DNA from: an uncultured Arcobacter sp.
GTDB taxonomy: Bacteria; Campylobacterota; Campylobacteria; Campylobacterales; Arcobacteraceae
Reading direction: 5' to 3'
NCBI GenBank assembly: GCA_965140705.1
Contig: OZ223302.1
Span: 448,001 to 512,000, forward strand
DNA length: 64,000 nt
Shown: piece by piece, positions 11,069-21,684 of the stretch
Layout of the letters: the number at the start of each line of letters is the position of its first letter
Position numbering within the stretch: the stretch's first letter is position 1
Notes under the pieces: model-generated
Seen by the model: only the letters and a program-made list of their open reading frames with translations
Database searches by the model: none
Told to the model about the DNA's origin: nothing
Made by a program: the position numbers and the translations under genes

Positions 11069-11165
11069 AATAAATCTCCTTTATTATTATTTTAATCCAT
11101 TAAACTTAAAAAAATGAAAATTTTAAAAGTACTTGTTTGTTTTCAGTTTATATATTTTATCTAAT

Positions 11166-12194
11166 TTAATCTATACTTAAAATAGGTTTGTCTTTTACAT
11201 TAAAAGTCTCTACTATAAACTCATTGTTCATATGCGTTACTAAAATATATGATTCTTGATTTTCTCGATTTTTTAGCATAAAAGAGGTATCTTTATCAAC
11301 TACAATTTCATCAAAACCTAATGGTTTATATTGTTTTATTAAATCCTCTTTTAATTGCTCATAAGTAGTTTCGTATCTATCATCAATAACCATTTTAAAG
11401 CTATTTTCATTATCAATAAATTCTATCTCATTTAACTTCTCTTCTGTCTCAATAATAGGCTGTTTGGAAATTATATATTCATAAGTTACAGATAAAAAAC
11501 CAATAGTAAATACTGTTACAAAAATATTTAATAGTGAATATAGAATACTCAAATCAGAAGAGATTAAAGCCATAAGAAACTTAATTACCAACCCATAAAC
11601 AAAACTAACAACAGTAGCAAAAATAATAGGAAAAATAATGACCATCATAAAAACTAATAATTTATAGTTTTTTGATAAAGCAAGGGCATCACCGAAATCT
11701 AAGGGCTTATCAATAGCAATAGAAGGGAAGATTAGAGATATTCTTGAAGTAATCATTCCAATAAAACCTACAAGAACTACAACAACTAATATATTGTAAA
11801 AATATGCAACATTAGAGCCAAAAAAGCCTTGAATAAACTTACCAAGAAATAGGGAAATAAAATATACTAAAAAAAATACTAAGGCCATAAGTAAACCTAA
11901 ACCAATACCTTTTAGTATAAAACTTATTTCCCTTTGACCAAATTTATAAACACCCCATTTAGGTGTCTCTTCTTCACTTAAAAGTAGTATTCTATGTACA
12001 TTTATAGACATAACAATTGTCACCAAAAAAGATAGTGCAGTTAAGATATAAAAAGTACTTTTACTTATCATTATATGAGTACTATAGTATTCAATAATAG
12101 CTAATATAAGGAAAGGTATAAACAAAGCTCTCATTAAAATATACTTTTTTTCAAAAAGTAAGTCTAAGGTTCTTTTTATAATCTCTTTGTACAT
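11166..12194 (-). CDS. hypothetical integral membrane protein (~6 TM plus soluble C-terminal domain)
   Basis: Hydrophobic segments; AAGGA RBS; follows DAHP synthase. Confidence 0.8.
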   Translation of the reverse strand: MYKEIIKRTLDLLFEKKYILMRALFIPFLILAIIEYYSTHIMISKSTFYILTALSFLVTIVMSINVHRILLLSEEETPKWGVYKFGQREISFILKGIGLGLLMALVFFLVYFISLFLGKFIQGFFGSNVAYFYNILVVVVLVGFIGMITSRISLIFPSIAIDKPLDFGDALALSKNYKLLVFMMVIIFPIIFATVVSFVYGLVIKFLMALISSDLSILYSLLNIFVTVFTIGFLSVTYEYIISKQPIIETEEKLNEIEFIDNENSFKMVIDDRYETTYEQLKEDLIKQYKPLGFDEIVVDKDTSFMLKNRENQESYILVTHMNNEFIVETFNVKDKPILSID

Positions 12195-12213
12195 ATTCTT
12201 TCCTTTTGAAGTT

Positions 12214-13566
12214 TTATCTTCTAGCTTCCTTTAAAGTCTCAGCAATCATAAATGATAATTCTAATGCTTGATCCGCGTTTAATCTTGGGTCACATTGTGT
12301 ATGATATCTACTTGCAAGTCCCTCTTGAGTAATAGCAGAACTTGTACTTCCTGTACACTCAGTTACATTTTGACCTGTCATTTCAAGGTGAATTCCACCT
12401 GCAACTGTACCTTCGGCACTATGTATTTGGAAGAATTGTTTTACTTCATTTAAAATCGATTCAAAATCTCTTGTTTTGTATCCATTATCAGTTTTTATTG
12501 TATTACCATGCATGGGATCACTTGACCATAATACATTTTTACCCTCAGCTTTTACTCTTTTTAATAAATTTGGATAGATATCACCTATCTTTTCGGCACC
12601 CATTCTAACAATAAGATTCAATCTTCCAGCTTCATTTTCAGGATTTAAAGCATCAATTAATTTGATTAATTCATCTTCTTTCATAGAAGGTCCTACTTTA
12701 CATCCTATTGGATTTTTGATACCTCTAAAGTACTCTAAATGTGCACCATCTAATTCTCTTGTTCTATCCCCTATCCATAACATATGAGCAGAACAATCAT
12801 ACCAATCACCAGTTAAAGAATCTCTTCTTGTAAGCGCTTCCTCATAATTTAATAAAAGTGCTTCATGTGAAGTATAAAGGGTAGTTTGACTTAATTGTTG
12901 TGTATTTTCTGATGTAATCCCACAAGCATTCATGAAAGCTAAAGTTTCAGAAATCTTATTTGCTAAATCATCATATTTTACACCTAAAGTGTGATCTTTA
13001 ATAAAATCTAAATTCCACTCATGAACTTGTTGTAAATCTGCCATTCCACCCCTAGAAAATGCTCTTAAAAGGTTTAGTGTAGCTGCACTTTGGTTATAAG
13101 CTTTTAAAAGTTTTTTAGGCTTTGGTAATCTTGATTTTTCATCAAACTTAACAGAATTTACAATATCTCCTCTATAAGAAGGAAGAGCAAGTCCATCAAT
13201 ATTTTCAAAATCTTCACTTCTTGGTTTTGCAAATTGACCTGCTATTCTTCCCACTTTCACAACTGGACAACCACCAGAAAAAGTTAAAACAATAGCCATT
13301 TGCATCATCACTTTAAATAAATCTTTAATATTATTTGCATTAAATGCATCAAATGATTCAGCACAATCTCCACCTTGAAGTAAAAAAGCCTTTCCATCTA
13401 CAACATCTGCTAATTTACTTTTTAAGTTTCTAGCTTCCCCTGCAAAAATTAAAGGAGGATAAGAAGCTAACTCTTTTTCTACTTTAGTAAGTTTTTCTAA
13501 ATCATTATATGTTGGTTGTTGTTTTATCGGAAAATCTCTCCAAGATTTTGGATTCCAGTTATTCAT
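12214..13566 (-). CDS. class II 3-deoxy-7-phosphoheptulonate (DAHP) synthase
   Basis: [42 protein letters not shown]. Confidence 0.97.
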   Translation of the reverse strand: MNNWNPKSWRDFPIKQQPTYNDLEKLTKVEKELASYPPLIFAGEARNLKSKLADVVDGKAFLLQGGDCAESFDAFNANNIKDLFKVMMQMAIVLTFSGGCPVVKVGRIAGQFAKPRSEDFENIDGLALPSYRGDIVNSVKFDEKSRLPKPKKLLKAYNQSAATLNLLRAFSRGGMADLQQVHEWNLDFIKDHTLGVKYDDLANKISETLAFMNACGITSENTQQLSQTTLYTSHEALLLNYEEALTRRDSLTGDWYDCSAHMLWIGDRTRELDGAHLEYFRGIKNPIGCKVGPSMKEDELIKLIDALNPENEAGRLNLIVRMGAEKIGDIYPNLLKRVKAEGKNVLWSSDPMHGNTIKTDNGYKTRDFESILNEVKQFFQIHSAEGTVAGGIHLEMTGQNVTECTGSTSSAITQEGLASRYHTQCDPRLNADQALELSFMIAETLKEARR

Positions 13567-13593
13567 ACTATTTACCTTTTTATATTTTAATTA

Positions 13594-14586
13594 TTATGCT
13601 TTTAGTTTTGATAAAAGCTCTTCAAATGATACTTTAAATGATTCTAAACCATCAGTTAATAGTGTCTCATAAATCTCATTTATATCAATATCATGTTTTG
13701 CAAGCATTTTGAAAAACTCATCACACTCACCTTCACTGATTATATCACTAGGTTCCGTGCTACCACTTTGTACATAGTCTTCAATAGTAGCGAGTGGAGC
13801 TGTATTTACGCTATTTGGATAGAGTAAATTATCCACATAATAAGTTGATGGTAATTCATCCCCTTTTACACCTGTACTAGCAAAAAGTGTTCTAATATTA
13901 TCATTATGGAATTTATTTATTTCGTGATAACATTTTACAGCATTTATGATACCTAATTTGGCTTTTTCTATACCTTTTGCCCCAAATCTATTATCACATA
14001 ATCTATCAAATCTAGATACAAAAATAGAAATAACAGCTTTTGATTCTGTAATTGATTTTTCCATACCTCTATTTAAGGCATTTGCACAACTAATAGCTTG
14101 TTCTGGTGAAAAGATTAGTGTTGCATTTACATTTATACCTTGTGAAGCTAATTCTTCCATGGCTTTATATCCAGCTTTTGTTGCAGGAACTTTAATCATT
14201 ACATTATCATATGCAATTGTTTTATAAAGTCTAATTCCCTCTTCAATAGTACCCTCAGCATCATCACTAAGTGTTGGGTCAACTTCTAGTGAGATAAATC
14301 CATCATCACTATTAATTCTATTCATAGGCTCAAGTATTTCAGCTGCTCTTTTAATATCAGTCATAGCTACTTCTTCATAAATAGTCTTAGCTGTATTTAC
14401 TTGTAAAATTCCTAGTTGTTGTTTATATGCAACAGAGTTTGAAATTGATGATGCAAAAATAGCAGGATTTGATGTAGCACCTTGAATAACTTCATCTTTT
14501 ACCAAATCTTGAAATTGATTTTCTAAAAAATCTCTTTCAATAAAATCACACCATAACGAAAAATTTATATCTTCTTTTAAACTCAT
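13594..14586 (-). CDS. tal: transaldolase
   Basis: GATSNPAIF, SLEVDP, MIKVPAT, NATLIFS, FVSRFD, ASTGVK. Confidence 0.95.
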   Translation of the reverse strand: MSLKEDINFSLWCDFIERDFLENQFQDLVKDEVIQGATSNPAIFASSISNSVAYKQQLGILQVNTAKTIYEEVAMTDIKRAAEILEPMNRINSDDGFISLEVDPTLSDDAEGTIEEGIRLYKTIAYDNVMIKVPATKAGYKAMEELASQGINVNATLIFSPEQAISCANALNRGMEKSITESKAVISIFVSRFDRLCDNRFGAKGIEKAKLGIINAVKCYHEINKFHNDNIRTLFASTGVKGDELPSTYYVDNLLYPNSVNTAPLATIEDYVQSGSTEPSDIISEGECDEFFKMLAKHDIDINEIYETLLTDGLESFKVSFEELLSKLKA

Positions 14587-14705
14587 TTTAACTCCTTTTA
14601 ATAGTCCCTAAAAATAGAAACCTTTTCTTTTAATACCTCTTTTAGTGATGAAAAAATTCAACCCCTAAAGAGACAAATCCTAAAAGCGTTCTAAGACGCT
14701 ATTTT

Positions 14706-15326
14706 TTAAATATGTTCCAAGATTTGTGTTAAATCTTTTGTATCAACAATGATATTTGCCTCTTTTTTCAAAATATCTTTTGCACAAAAAGCAACTCTTT
14801 TGTCTGCATATGGAAACATTGAAACATCATTTGCTCCATCTCCTGCAACTAGTGTATTTTCTTTAGAAACGCCTAACATTGCTTGAACTCTTTGTATCAT
14901 ATCACCTTTAGAAAAACCAAACATCATATCCCCACCAACAAGTCCAGTTAGAATTCCATTTTTATGATGTAAGATATTTGAAAAATCTGCATCAAGTCCA
15001 AGTTTCTCTTTAGCAGGAGTTGTTCCTATTCTAAAGCCACCTGAAAAACATACAACTTTGTATCCCTTCTCTTTTAGTTTTGCAACTGTTTCCATTGCTC
15101 CTGGCATAAGTGGTAGACTTTTACAAATATCTACAGCCAAAGAGTTTTCTAAGCCTTTTAATAAAGCCACTCTTTCAATAAGTGATTCAAAAAAGTCCAA
15201 TCTTCCAGCCATGGCTTCTTCTGTGATTTTTGCAACTTTCTCTTCAAGACCTAAAGGTTTTGCTAGAAAATCAATAGTTTCTCCATCCATCAAAGTTGAA
15301 TCAAAATCAAATACAGCTAATTTCAT
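14706..15326 (-). CDS. serB: phosphoserine phosphatase
   Basis: FDFDSTL, SGGF, GDGAND HAD motifs. Confidence 0.95.
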   Translation of the reverse strand: MKLAVFDFDSTLMDGETIDFLAKPLGLEEKVAKITEEAMAGRLDFFESLIERVALLKGLENSLAVDICKSLPLMPGAMETVAKLKEKGYKVVCFSGGFRIGTTPAKEKLGLDADFSNILHHKNGILTGLVGGDMMFGFSKGDMIQRVQAMLGVSKENTLVAGDGANDVSMFPYADKRVAFCAKDILKKEANIIVDTKDLTQILEHI

Positions 15327-15436
15327 CGTTTATCCTACTCATATATCATTGTTTATATTTTTAAAAAAGATATATATTACCAAAATTATACTAAAATGAT
15401 TACTTTACGGTTTCAAAGTAAAGATAAGGAAAATGA

Positions 15437-15817
15437 TTGAAATTAGCATCTATTGATATAGGATTAAAAAGAATTGGCGTAGCTTTAAGCCTTACAGAGT
15501 CCATAGTTACCCCACAAACAGCCATTTTAAGAAAAAATAGAAATCAAGCTTCAAATGATGTTGATAGTTTTTTAAAAGAGTGGGAAATAGAGAAACTTAT
15601 TGTTGGCTTTCCAAGTTCAAGTGATGATATGCAAAAAAGAGTAAAACACTTCGTAAATCTTCTAAAATTTGAAGGAGAGATAGTTTTCCAAGAAGAAAAC
15701 ATGAGCTCCATAGAAGCAGAAGAGCTAATGAAAGGTGATATCAAATACAAAAGGGATGGAAGAGTTGATTCCCTTGCAGCTAAAATAATACTTGAGAGAT
15801 ATTTGACAAAAAATTAA
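15437..15817 (+). CDS. ruvX: YqgF/RuvX family pre-16S rRNA nuclease
   Basis: SIDIGLKRIGVA, VDSLAAKIILERY. Confidence 0.92.
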   Translation: MKLASIDIGLKRIGVALSLTESIVTPQTAILRKNRNQASNDVDSFLKEWEIEKLIVGFPSSSDDMQKRVKHFVNLLKFEGEIVFQEENMSSIEAEELMKGDIKYKRDGRVDSLAAKIILERYLTKN

Positions 15818-15839
15818 TTATAGGGGAAAATCCCTATAA
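15818..15839. terminator. hairpin between convergent genes
   Basis: TTATAGGG-N6-CCCTATAA. Confidence 0.55.
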
Positions 15840-15848
15840 CTAATCAAA

Positions 15849-16460
15849 CTACCAAGTCACAGTATCGTTTGATCCAATTTTTCCTATAACTACCTCATCT
15901 TCCCAAGTTACAAGTCCAGTTTTAATATCTGTTAGTGAGAGTTGGAAATAGTATTCAACTATTTGGTCATCTTTATTTGCTTTTGCTGTTCTTTGTAAAA
16001 TACTTCCTGATAATGAAAGACTAGGTGCATAAAGTGTATTTTTTTGTATTGTAGTACTTTTTTTGAATTCATCATTATTTCTTAGTTTTCTAGTATCTTG
16101 AGCTAAATCATCCCTTTGAGTTCCAACAGCTGATGTAAGTATTGCTTTTCCTGAATTTAATATTGCTATTCCTAACTTTTTAGTTAAAAATTTTACATCA
16201 AACCTTTGAGTAGTATCATTTACAATGTCACTCATCATAACTACGCTTTTTCCACCACCACTTTTATCTAAAGCACCGCTTGATAACAATGATTTAGCCA
16301 TATCACTAGCTGCTTTTTCAAAATCTTGTCTATCAATTCCCATAGTTACAATTGAAGATTTTGGAGAATTTTCTGGTAAATACTCAGGTTTATGTGTACA
16401 CCCTGCAAAAAATATTGTTCCCATAAATAGTGTTGAAATTATTAGTTTTTTATTTTTCAT
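15849..16460 (-). CDS. LpoB-like penicillin-binding protein activator lipoprotein
   Basis: Lipobox FAGC; YYFQLSLTDIKTGLVTWEDE C-terminus typical of the LpoB/CsgG-like family. Confidence 0.8.
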   Translation of the reverse strand: MKNKKLIISTLFMGTIFFAGCTHKPEYLPENSPKSSIVTMGIDRQDFEKAASDMAKSLLSSGALDKSGGGKSVVMMSDIVNDTTQRFDVKFLTKKLGIAILNSGKAILTSAVGTQRDDLAQDTRKLRNNDEFKKSTTIQKNTLYAPSLSLSGSILQRTAKANKDDQIVEYYFQLSLTDIKTGLVTWEDEVVIGKIGSNDTVTW

Positions 16461-16468
16461 TTTTTTCC

Positions 16469-16912
16469 TTAATTTTGATATTCATAATGGCTACTATCTT
16501 TTCTTTGTTCATCATCTCTACTTGTATCTTGTACTCTTATTACAAAATCTTTGATTTGATTTGAAGGGGATACGCCATTAATAGTAAAATCCCTATTCTC
16601 TTCCACTGTTGCCATTTTCCATTTAGATAAAATTGTTTTTACAATAAAACCATTTTTATCTATCCAATCTATCTTATAAGCTACATTTCTATTCATATAA
16701 GTTGTATTTTTAAATCTAGCTTGTACAACCCAAAAGCCATCACTTTTTTGAAAATAGTTTAGTTTTTCAAGCTTTAACCAGCTATCCAAAGCTTTATCTA
16801 TTACTATGTGTGAGTCATCGCTTATTTTAGGCTCAACTTTTACTTCTTTTTGTGCACACCCACTAAAAAGCATAACACTTATTATTGTAATAATTAAATA
16901 TATCTTTTTCAT
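16469..16912 (-). CDS. YcfL/DUF1425 family lipoprotein
   Basis: Lipobox FSGC; YKIDWIDKNGF motif; adjacent to the LpoB-like gene. Confidence 0.75.
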   Translation of the reverse strand: MKKIYLIITIISVMLFSGCAQKEVKVEPKISDDSHIVIDKALDSWLKLEKLNYFQKSDGFWVVQARFKNTTYMNRNVAYKIDWIDKNGFIVKTILSKWKMATVEENRDFTINGVSPSNQIKDFVIRVQDTSRDDEQRKDSSHYEYQN

Positions 16913-16921
16913 AAATCTCCT

Positions 16922-18256
16922 TTAAAATAAAATCTTATGAATTATATTATTTCCTATGACTTGTGATTTTACATAAATTAATGCATTTTTATCATTAGGA
17001 ATAAAAACTTCTTTTATAATTTTACCTTCATTATTTTTAATTTCAATTGGTTTTCCATCAAGTTTTACTCTTAAACTTTGAAAATTCTTAGGTAAAGCAG
17101 TCCAGGACCTCACATCAGCTCTATTTGTAAAGCTTTGATATAAAAACCCTAAGAACCCAGCTAATGGACTAGAATCATTGAGTTGTTTTTGGGTAATCGT
17201 TTTTGTAATTGTATTTGCTATTGCCTCACTTAAAATAGCTGGAAATCTTTTTTTAAATTCTGTTTTTATTACATTATCCATATTACAAACTTCTGTTGTA
17301 TCTTTTCCATTAATATCTAAATAAGCATAAGAACTACTTCTTTCAACAATTTTTGGCAAAGCAATACCTGTATATATGACATTTCTTGAAAATATAAATA
17401 AAGGAATATCAATTCTTATCTCATCTTTTATCATCCCTTGCCCATTTTCATATATAATCCAAGCATATTTTTCTTTTGATTCTCTCAAAGATGAATCAAG
17501 ATATTTGTTACTAAGTTCATAGTCACTTTTTATTTGCTCATTTGATGGTTGCATTTCCATAGACTCTTTTAATAAATCCCTTGCCTTAACTGTATCTCCA
17601 TCTAATAAAAAATATACTCCAGCCATATAGGTTGTAAAAGGATTTATAAAATCAGGATATGCTTTAAAATCATTTAACAAACTATCATATTGTTTATATA
17701 CAGTATCTTCTGCTTCTTTGTTCTCTTTTTCTAAATTCGCCTCTTTTTTTTGTATCTCACTTCTAAAATAATCTTTTGCTCTTCTTTGTCTATCCAAAGC
17801 TCTATTAAACTCTACTCTTGCATTTGCACTATCATGCAAACTAGCGTAATTTAAAGCTTTATAAGTATTTACCATCACTTTTTCATAAATATTTCCCTCA
17901 TACTCATTTGCATTATTATTTACTAAAATACTTTTTGAAGCCTCTAAAGTATTATCAAAAACTGTGTCTTCATCTACTGTTTGTTTATACTTCTCTTCTG
18001 CTTCATCAAAAAATCCATTACTTTTTTTATAAGCAAAACAATTTCTTGCCAATGAACCACCTTGAATACCCCAAAGTATGGGGTCATCATTATCTTTTAT
18101 CTTTTCTTCTATTTGAGTATAATCACAATTTTTTGATTCTAAGTTATTATCAAAAGTATTCATACTATCTTGATAACCACTTATGGCTGCACACCCACAA
18201 AAAGAGAATACAAATATAGTATTAAAAAAAAGTTTTATACACTCTTTTCTTCCCAT
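16922..18256 (-). CDS. COG3014-like TPR lipoprotein
   Basis: YEGNIYEKVMVNTYKALNY, ARVEFNRALDRQRRA, ADVRSWTALP. Confidence 0.75.
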   Translation of the reverse strand: MGRKECIKLFFNTIFVFSFCGCAAISGYQDSMNTFDNNLESKNCDYTQIEEKIKDNDDPILWGIQGGSLARNCFAYKKSNGFFDEAEEKYKQTVDEDTVFDNTLEASKSILVNNNANEYEGNIYEKVMVNTYKALNYASLHDSANARVEFNRALDRQRRAKDYFRSEIQKKEANLEKENKEAEDTVYKQYDSLLNDFKAYPDFINPFTTYMAGVYFLLDGDTVKARDLLKESMEMQPSNEQIKSDYELSNKYLDSSLRESKEKYAWIIYENGQGMIKDEIRIDIPLFIFSRNVIYTGIALPKIVERSSSYAYLDINGKDTTEVCNMDNVIKTEFKKRFPAILSEAIANTITKTITQKQLNDSSPLAGFLGFLYQSFTNRADVRSWTALPKNFQSLRVKLDGKPIEIKNNEGKIIKEVFIPNDKNALIYVKSQVIGNNIIHKILF

Positions 18257-18258
18257 GA

Positions 18259-18609
18259 TTAATTTTTCTCTAAGGCTACAACAGCTATTGCAAAACCAGT
18301 ATCATGAGTAATAGAGAGATGGGCACTTTTTATTGAAAAGTTATCTATAACTTTTTGTGAGAAAGTTATAAGAGGAGCATTTTTAACTGTTTTTGAAATA
18401 ATAATATCATGAAAACCGCACTCTTCGCCTATTCCACAAGCAAGAGCTTTACTTGCAGCCTCTTTTGCAGCCCAAAAACCAGCAGCAGTTTCAACTTTTT
18501 TTACTAATTCTATTTCACTTTTATTTAAAAATCTTTCATAAGCTTTATTACCAAACTTCTCATACAGCTTTTCAATTCTTTTTATACTTACTACATCTAT
18601 ACCAATCAT
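18259..18609 (-). CDS. acpS: holo-ACP synthase
   Basis: IGIDVVSIKRI, FWAAKEAASKALG-like, SITHD. Confidence 0.95.
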   Translation of the reverse strand: MIGIDVVSIKRIEKLYEKFGNKAYERFLNKSEIELVKKVETAAGFWAAKEAASKALACGIGEECGFHDIIISKTVKNAPLITFSQKVIDNFSIKSAHLSITHDTGFAIAVVALEKN

Positions 18610-18728
18610 TTTTAACCTATGTGAATGTAAAACATCCTATGTAAATTATTTTAAAATGATATTATACCTAATCATTTTAATATAATATAACAATGATTAA
18701 TACTCTACTAACTAAATACAAATTTCCA

Positions 18729-19496
18729 TTATTTATTCTCTGCTTTTGTTACATCAATTTTACTAATTGTTAAATATGCTACAACAATCAAAATAATAGT
18801 AAAAAATGCAATATTTATATTTCCTGCAGGAATTCCCATACCTCCATCAGCTGGAGCTTGAATAAATAAATCACCTAAAGATGCACCTATTGGACGTGTT
18901 ACTATAAAGGCTATCCAAAATGCCATAACACCATTTAATATTTTTGCATAAAATAATCCACCTGCGATTAAAAAGATACCACCAAATAACATTAATGAAT
19001 TTAAATATCCAAAGTTCAAATGCTCAGAAACGGTATCTCCTACTCCTGTTCCTAGCGCAAAGGTAATCAAAACAATTAACCAATAAAAAACTTCTCTTCT
19101 ATTATTTGTAATTTTATGAATTGATAAAGTACCTTCTTCTTTGTACCATAACAAAAATCCTAAAATCATTGCTATTGTAAATACAATGTCTAAAGTTATT
19201 AAACTAACATTAAAATTATCAACAAGAATATCAGTTATCAAAGTTCCTTCTATACTCATCATCACAATTAAAAACCAATAAGCTGGTGCAAAATATTTTT
19301 TTAAACTAAAATTCCAAAGTATTGCTCCTAAAGTAATTACTCCCATAAGCATTGTTGTTCCTGCTAAGCCTAAATTCATATCTACTGCAACAAAATCAGC
19401 TGCTGTTTCACCAACAGTTGTAGATAATATTTTAACAATCCAAAAAAATAGTGTTAACCCTGCTACTCTATTTAATGTAAAGTTTTTTTCTATCAT
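18729..19496 (-). CDS. COG4705/DUF347 repeat membrane protein
   Basis: FWIVKILSTTVGETAADF, TLSIHKI..RREVFYW, FWIAFIVTRPIGASLGD. Confidence 0.8.
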   Translation of the reverse strand: MIEKNFTLNRVAGLTLFFWIVKILSTTVGETAADFVAVDMNLGLAGTTMLMGVITLGAILWNFSLKKYFAPAYWFLIVMMSIEGTLITDILVDNFNVSLITLDIVFTIAMILGFLLWYKEEGTLSIHKITNNRREVFYWLIVLITFALGTGVGDTVSEHLNFGYLNSLMLFGGIFLIAGGLFYAKILNGVMAFWIAFIVTRPIGASLGDLFIQAPADGGMGIPAGNINIAFFTIILIVVAYLTISKIDVTKAENK

Positions 19497-19539
19497 ATTT
19501 GACTCCTCAAATTTTAATTATTGGAATTATTCTATTTGA

Positions 19540-19571
19540 AAATGAAATGAAAATTAATTTTCATTTCATTT
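19540..19571. promoter_or_regulatory. perfect 32 bp palindrome in divergent promoter region
   Basis: AAATGAAATGAAAATT|AATTTTCATTTCATTT. Confidence 0.7.
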
Positions 19572-19644
19572 ATTAAATCTAGAATTTCAAAATAATAAAA
19601 CTATTGATATAATGGTTATGTAAGTAATAAGGTAAAAATAAATT

Positions 19645-20301
19645 ATGAAAATTTTAATTATAGAAGATGATGAAAATATATTATCATTGTTAGAAAGAGG
19701 ATTAACGGAAGAAGGTCATGTTATTCAAAGTGCTGTAGATGGAGAAGATGGTGAATATCTAGCAACAGAAAATAACTATGACATTATAATCTTAGATTGG
19801 ATGCTACCTAATAAAAACGGCTTAACAATACTAGAAAATATTAGAAAAAAATCAATAACAACACCGATACTAATGTTAACTGCAAAATCTGAAATTATCG
19901 ATAAAGTAAAAGGATTAAAAAGTGGTGCAGATGATTATCTTGCAAAACCTTTCGATTATGAAGAATTACTTGCTAGAATAGAAGCCTTATATAGAAGAGA
20001 AGTATCTAAAGGAATTAATATAATAGAAATATCAAATATTACTATTGACATAGATAAAAAAATAGTAGCAAAAGATAATATTCCACTACAATTAACATCA
20101 AAAGAGTATGATTTATTTCTTTTTTTAATAAAAAATAAAAACTCAATGATTTCAAATAGTATGATAGAAGAACAACTCTGGAATGAAAATGAATTTATCA
20201 ATAGTAATGTTATTCAAGTAACTATGTATAATTTAAAAAAGAAAATTGGTAAAGATATTATCAAAAATTTTAGAGGATTAGGGTATAAACTTGATGTTTA
20301 A
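19645..20301 (+). CDS. OmpR-family response regulator
   Basis: IIEDD, LDWMLP, GADDYLAKPF, winged helix RGLGY. Confidence 0.95.
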   Translation: MKILIIEDDENILSLLERGLTEEGHVIQSAVDGEDGEYLATENNYDIIILDWMLPNKNGLTILENIRKKSITTPILMLTAKSEIIDKVKGLKSGADDYLAKPFDYEELLARIEALYRREVSKGINIIEISNITIDIDKKIVAKDNIPLQLTSKEYDLFLFLIKNKNSMISNSMIEEQLWNENEFINSNVIQVTMYNLKKKIGKDIIKNFRGLGYKLDV

Positions 20302-21610
20302 AAGTTTAAAAACAAGAATATTATTTTGGTTTGGAAGCATTACATTTTTATTACTTATAATATTTAGTATTGCTTTTAACTATTTTTTTGAAAAAAGTGT
20401 TTATTCTAGTATTGAAGCAAAATTATATGAAGAAGCAATTTATTTTAAAGACAATATAAATATTACAAATTTTGACAAAGTCATCTCAAAAAATAAAGAA
20501 TTTAAATCAAGTATTGCAATAGTAAAAAATAATGAGATTATAAAAAAAACACATAATTTTAATGAAAGAAATATACAAGAATACCTCAATAAAAAGAAGT
20601 CTTTTTTAATTATTGATTATGGAGAAACTCTAGAAGCTTTTTATTTTATAAACCTTTCAAAAGACACATTAATTATCATTTCTAAAGATGACATTGATGA
20701 TAAAGTAGAAGATGTTACAGATACAATGTTTGTAATTGAACCTTTATTATTATTTGCACTTATTTTTTTAGCTAGTAAAATGATAGATAAAATATTATTA
20801 CCAATAAAAGAGATTACAAAAGTATCTGAAGAGATTTCAATCAATAACTTCTCAACTACAATTTCTATCCCAAGTAAAGACGATGAAATTAAAAAACTAA
20901 TTAGTACCTTTAACCATATGATAATTAGGCTACAAGATGGTGTTGAAAACCTAGATAGATTTAATAGTGATGTTTCACATGAATTAAAAACACCATTAAC
21001 TGTAATAAGAGGCGAAATTGATTTGACTTTAAGAAAACAAAGAGAACCAGAATATTATATAAAAACATTAACTACACTTAATTATGAAGCTAAACAAATT
21101 GAAAAAATTGTAGAAAATTTATTATTACTTACAAAATATTCAAAAGAAAATATTCAAAAAACATTTGAAAAATGTTATTTAAAAAATATCTTATTAGATA
21201 CTCTAATAACATACAAAAAAAATATTGATGAAAAGAATATTAATATAAATATTAAAAAATTAGAAGATTTAACTATATTTGGTAATTTACAACTAATAAA
21301 AACTGTTTTTTCAAATCTTATTGACAATGCAATAAAATATACAAATGAAAATAAAAACATTTTTATTTCATTGGAAGCACGAAATAAACACATTTATTTT
21401 AATATAATTGATGAAGGAATTGGAATACCAAAAGAAGAACTTTCTAATGTACTCAATAGATTTTATAGAGTTGATGAATCAAGAAATAAAAAAATAAAAG
21501 GTTTCGGACTTGGACTATCTATTGTTAAAAATAGCATTGACCTGCATGGTGCTAAATTTAAAATAGAATCTACATTGAATAAAGGTACAAAAATCACTAT
21601 AATATTCTAA
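20294..21610 (+). CDS. sensor histidine kinase (HAMP, HisKA, HATPase)
   Basis: SDVSHELKTPL, NLIDNAIKY, DEGIGI, FYRVD, GFGLGLSIV. Confidence 0.95.
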   Translation: MFKSLKTRILFWFGSITFLLLIIFSIAFNYFFEKSVYSSIEAKLYEEAIYFKDNINITNFDKVISKNKEFKSSIAIVKNNEIIKKTHNFNERNIQEYLNKKKSFLIIDYGETLEAFYFINLSKDTLIIISKDDIDDKVEDVTDTMFVIEPLLLFALIFLASKMIDKILLPIKEITKVSEEISINNFSTTISIPSKDDEIKKLISTFNHMIIRLQDGVENLDRFNSDVSHELKTPLTVIRGEIDLTLRKQREPEYYIKTLTTLNYEAKQIEKIVENLLLLTKYSKENIQKTFEKCYLKNILLDTLITYKKNIDEKNININIKKLEDLTIFGNLQLIKTVFSNLIDNAIKYTNENKNIFISLEARNKHIYFNIIDEGIGIPKEELSNVLNRFYRVDESRNKKIKGFGLGLSIVKNSIDLHGAKFKIESTLNKGTKITIIF

Positions 21611-21622
21611 CTTTCCGTCATT

Positions 21623-21654
21623 TTCATTTTAAATTCATTTTCAACTTCTACAAT
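21623..21654 (+). promoter_or_regulatory. tandem TTCATTTT direct repeat (11 bp period) followed by TACAAT -10; candidate OmpR-family box
   Basis: TTCATTTTaaaTTCATTTTcaacttcTACAAT upstream of the PAP2 gene. Confidence 0.55.
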
Positions 21655-21684
21655 CATTAAATACTTTACAAAAAGAAGAACAAA

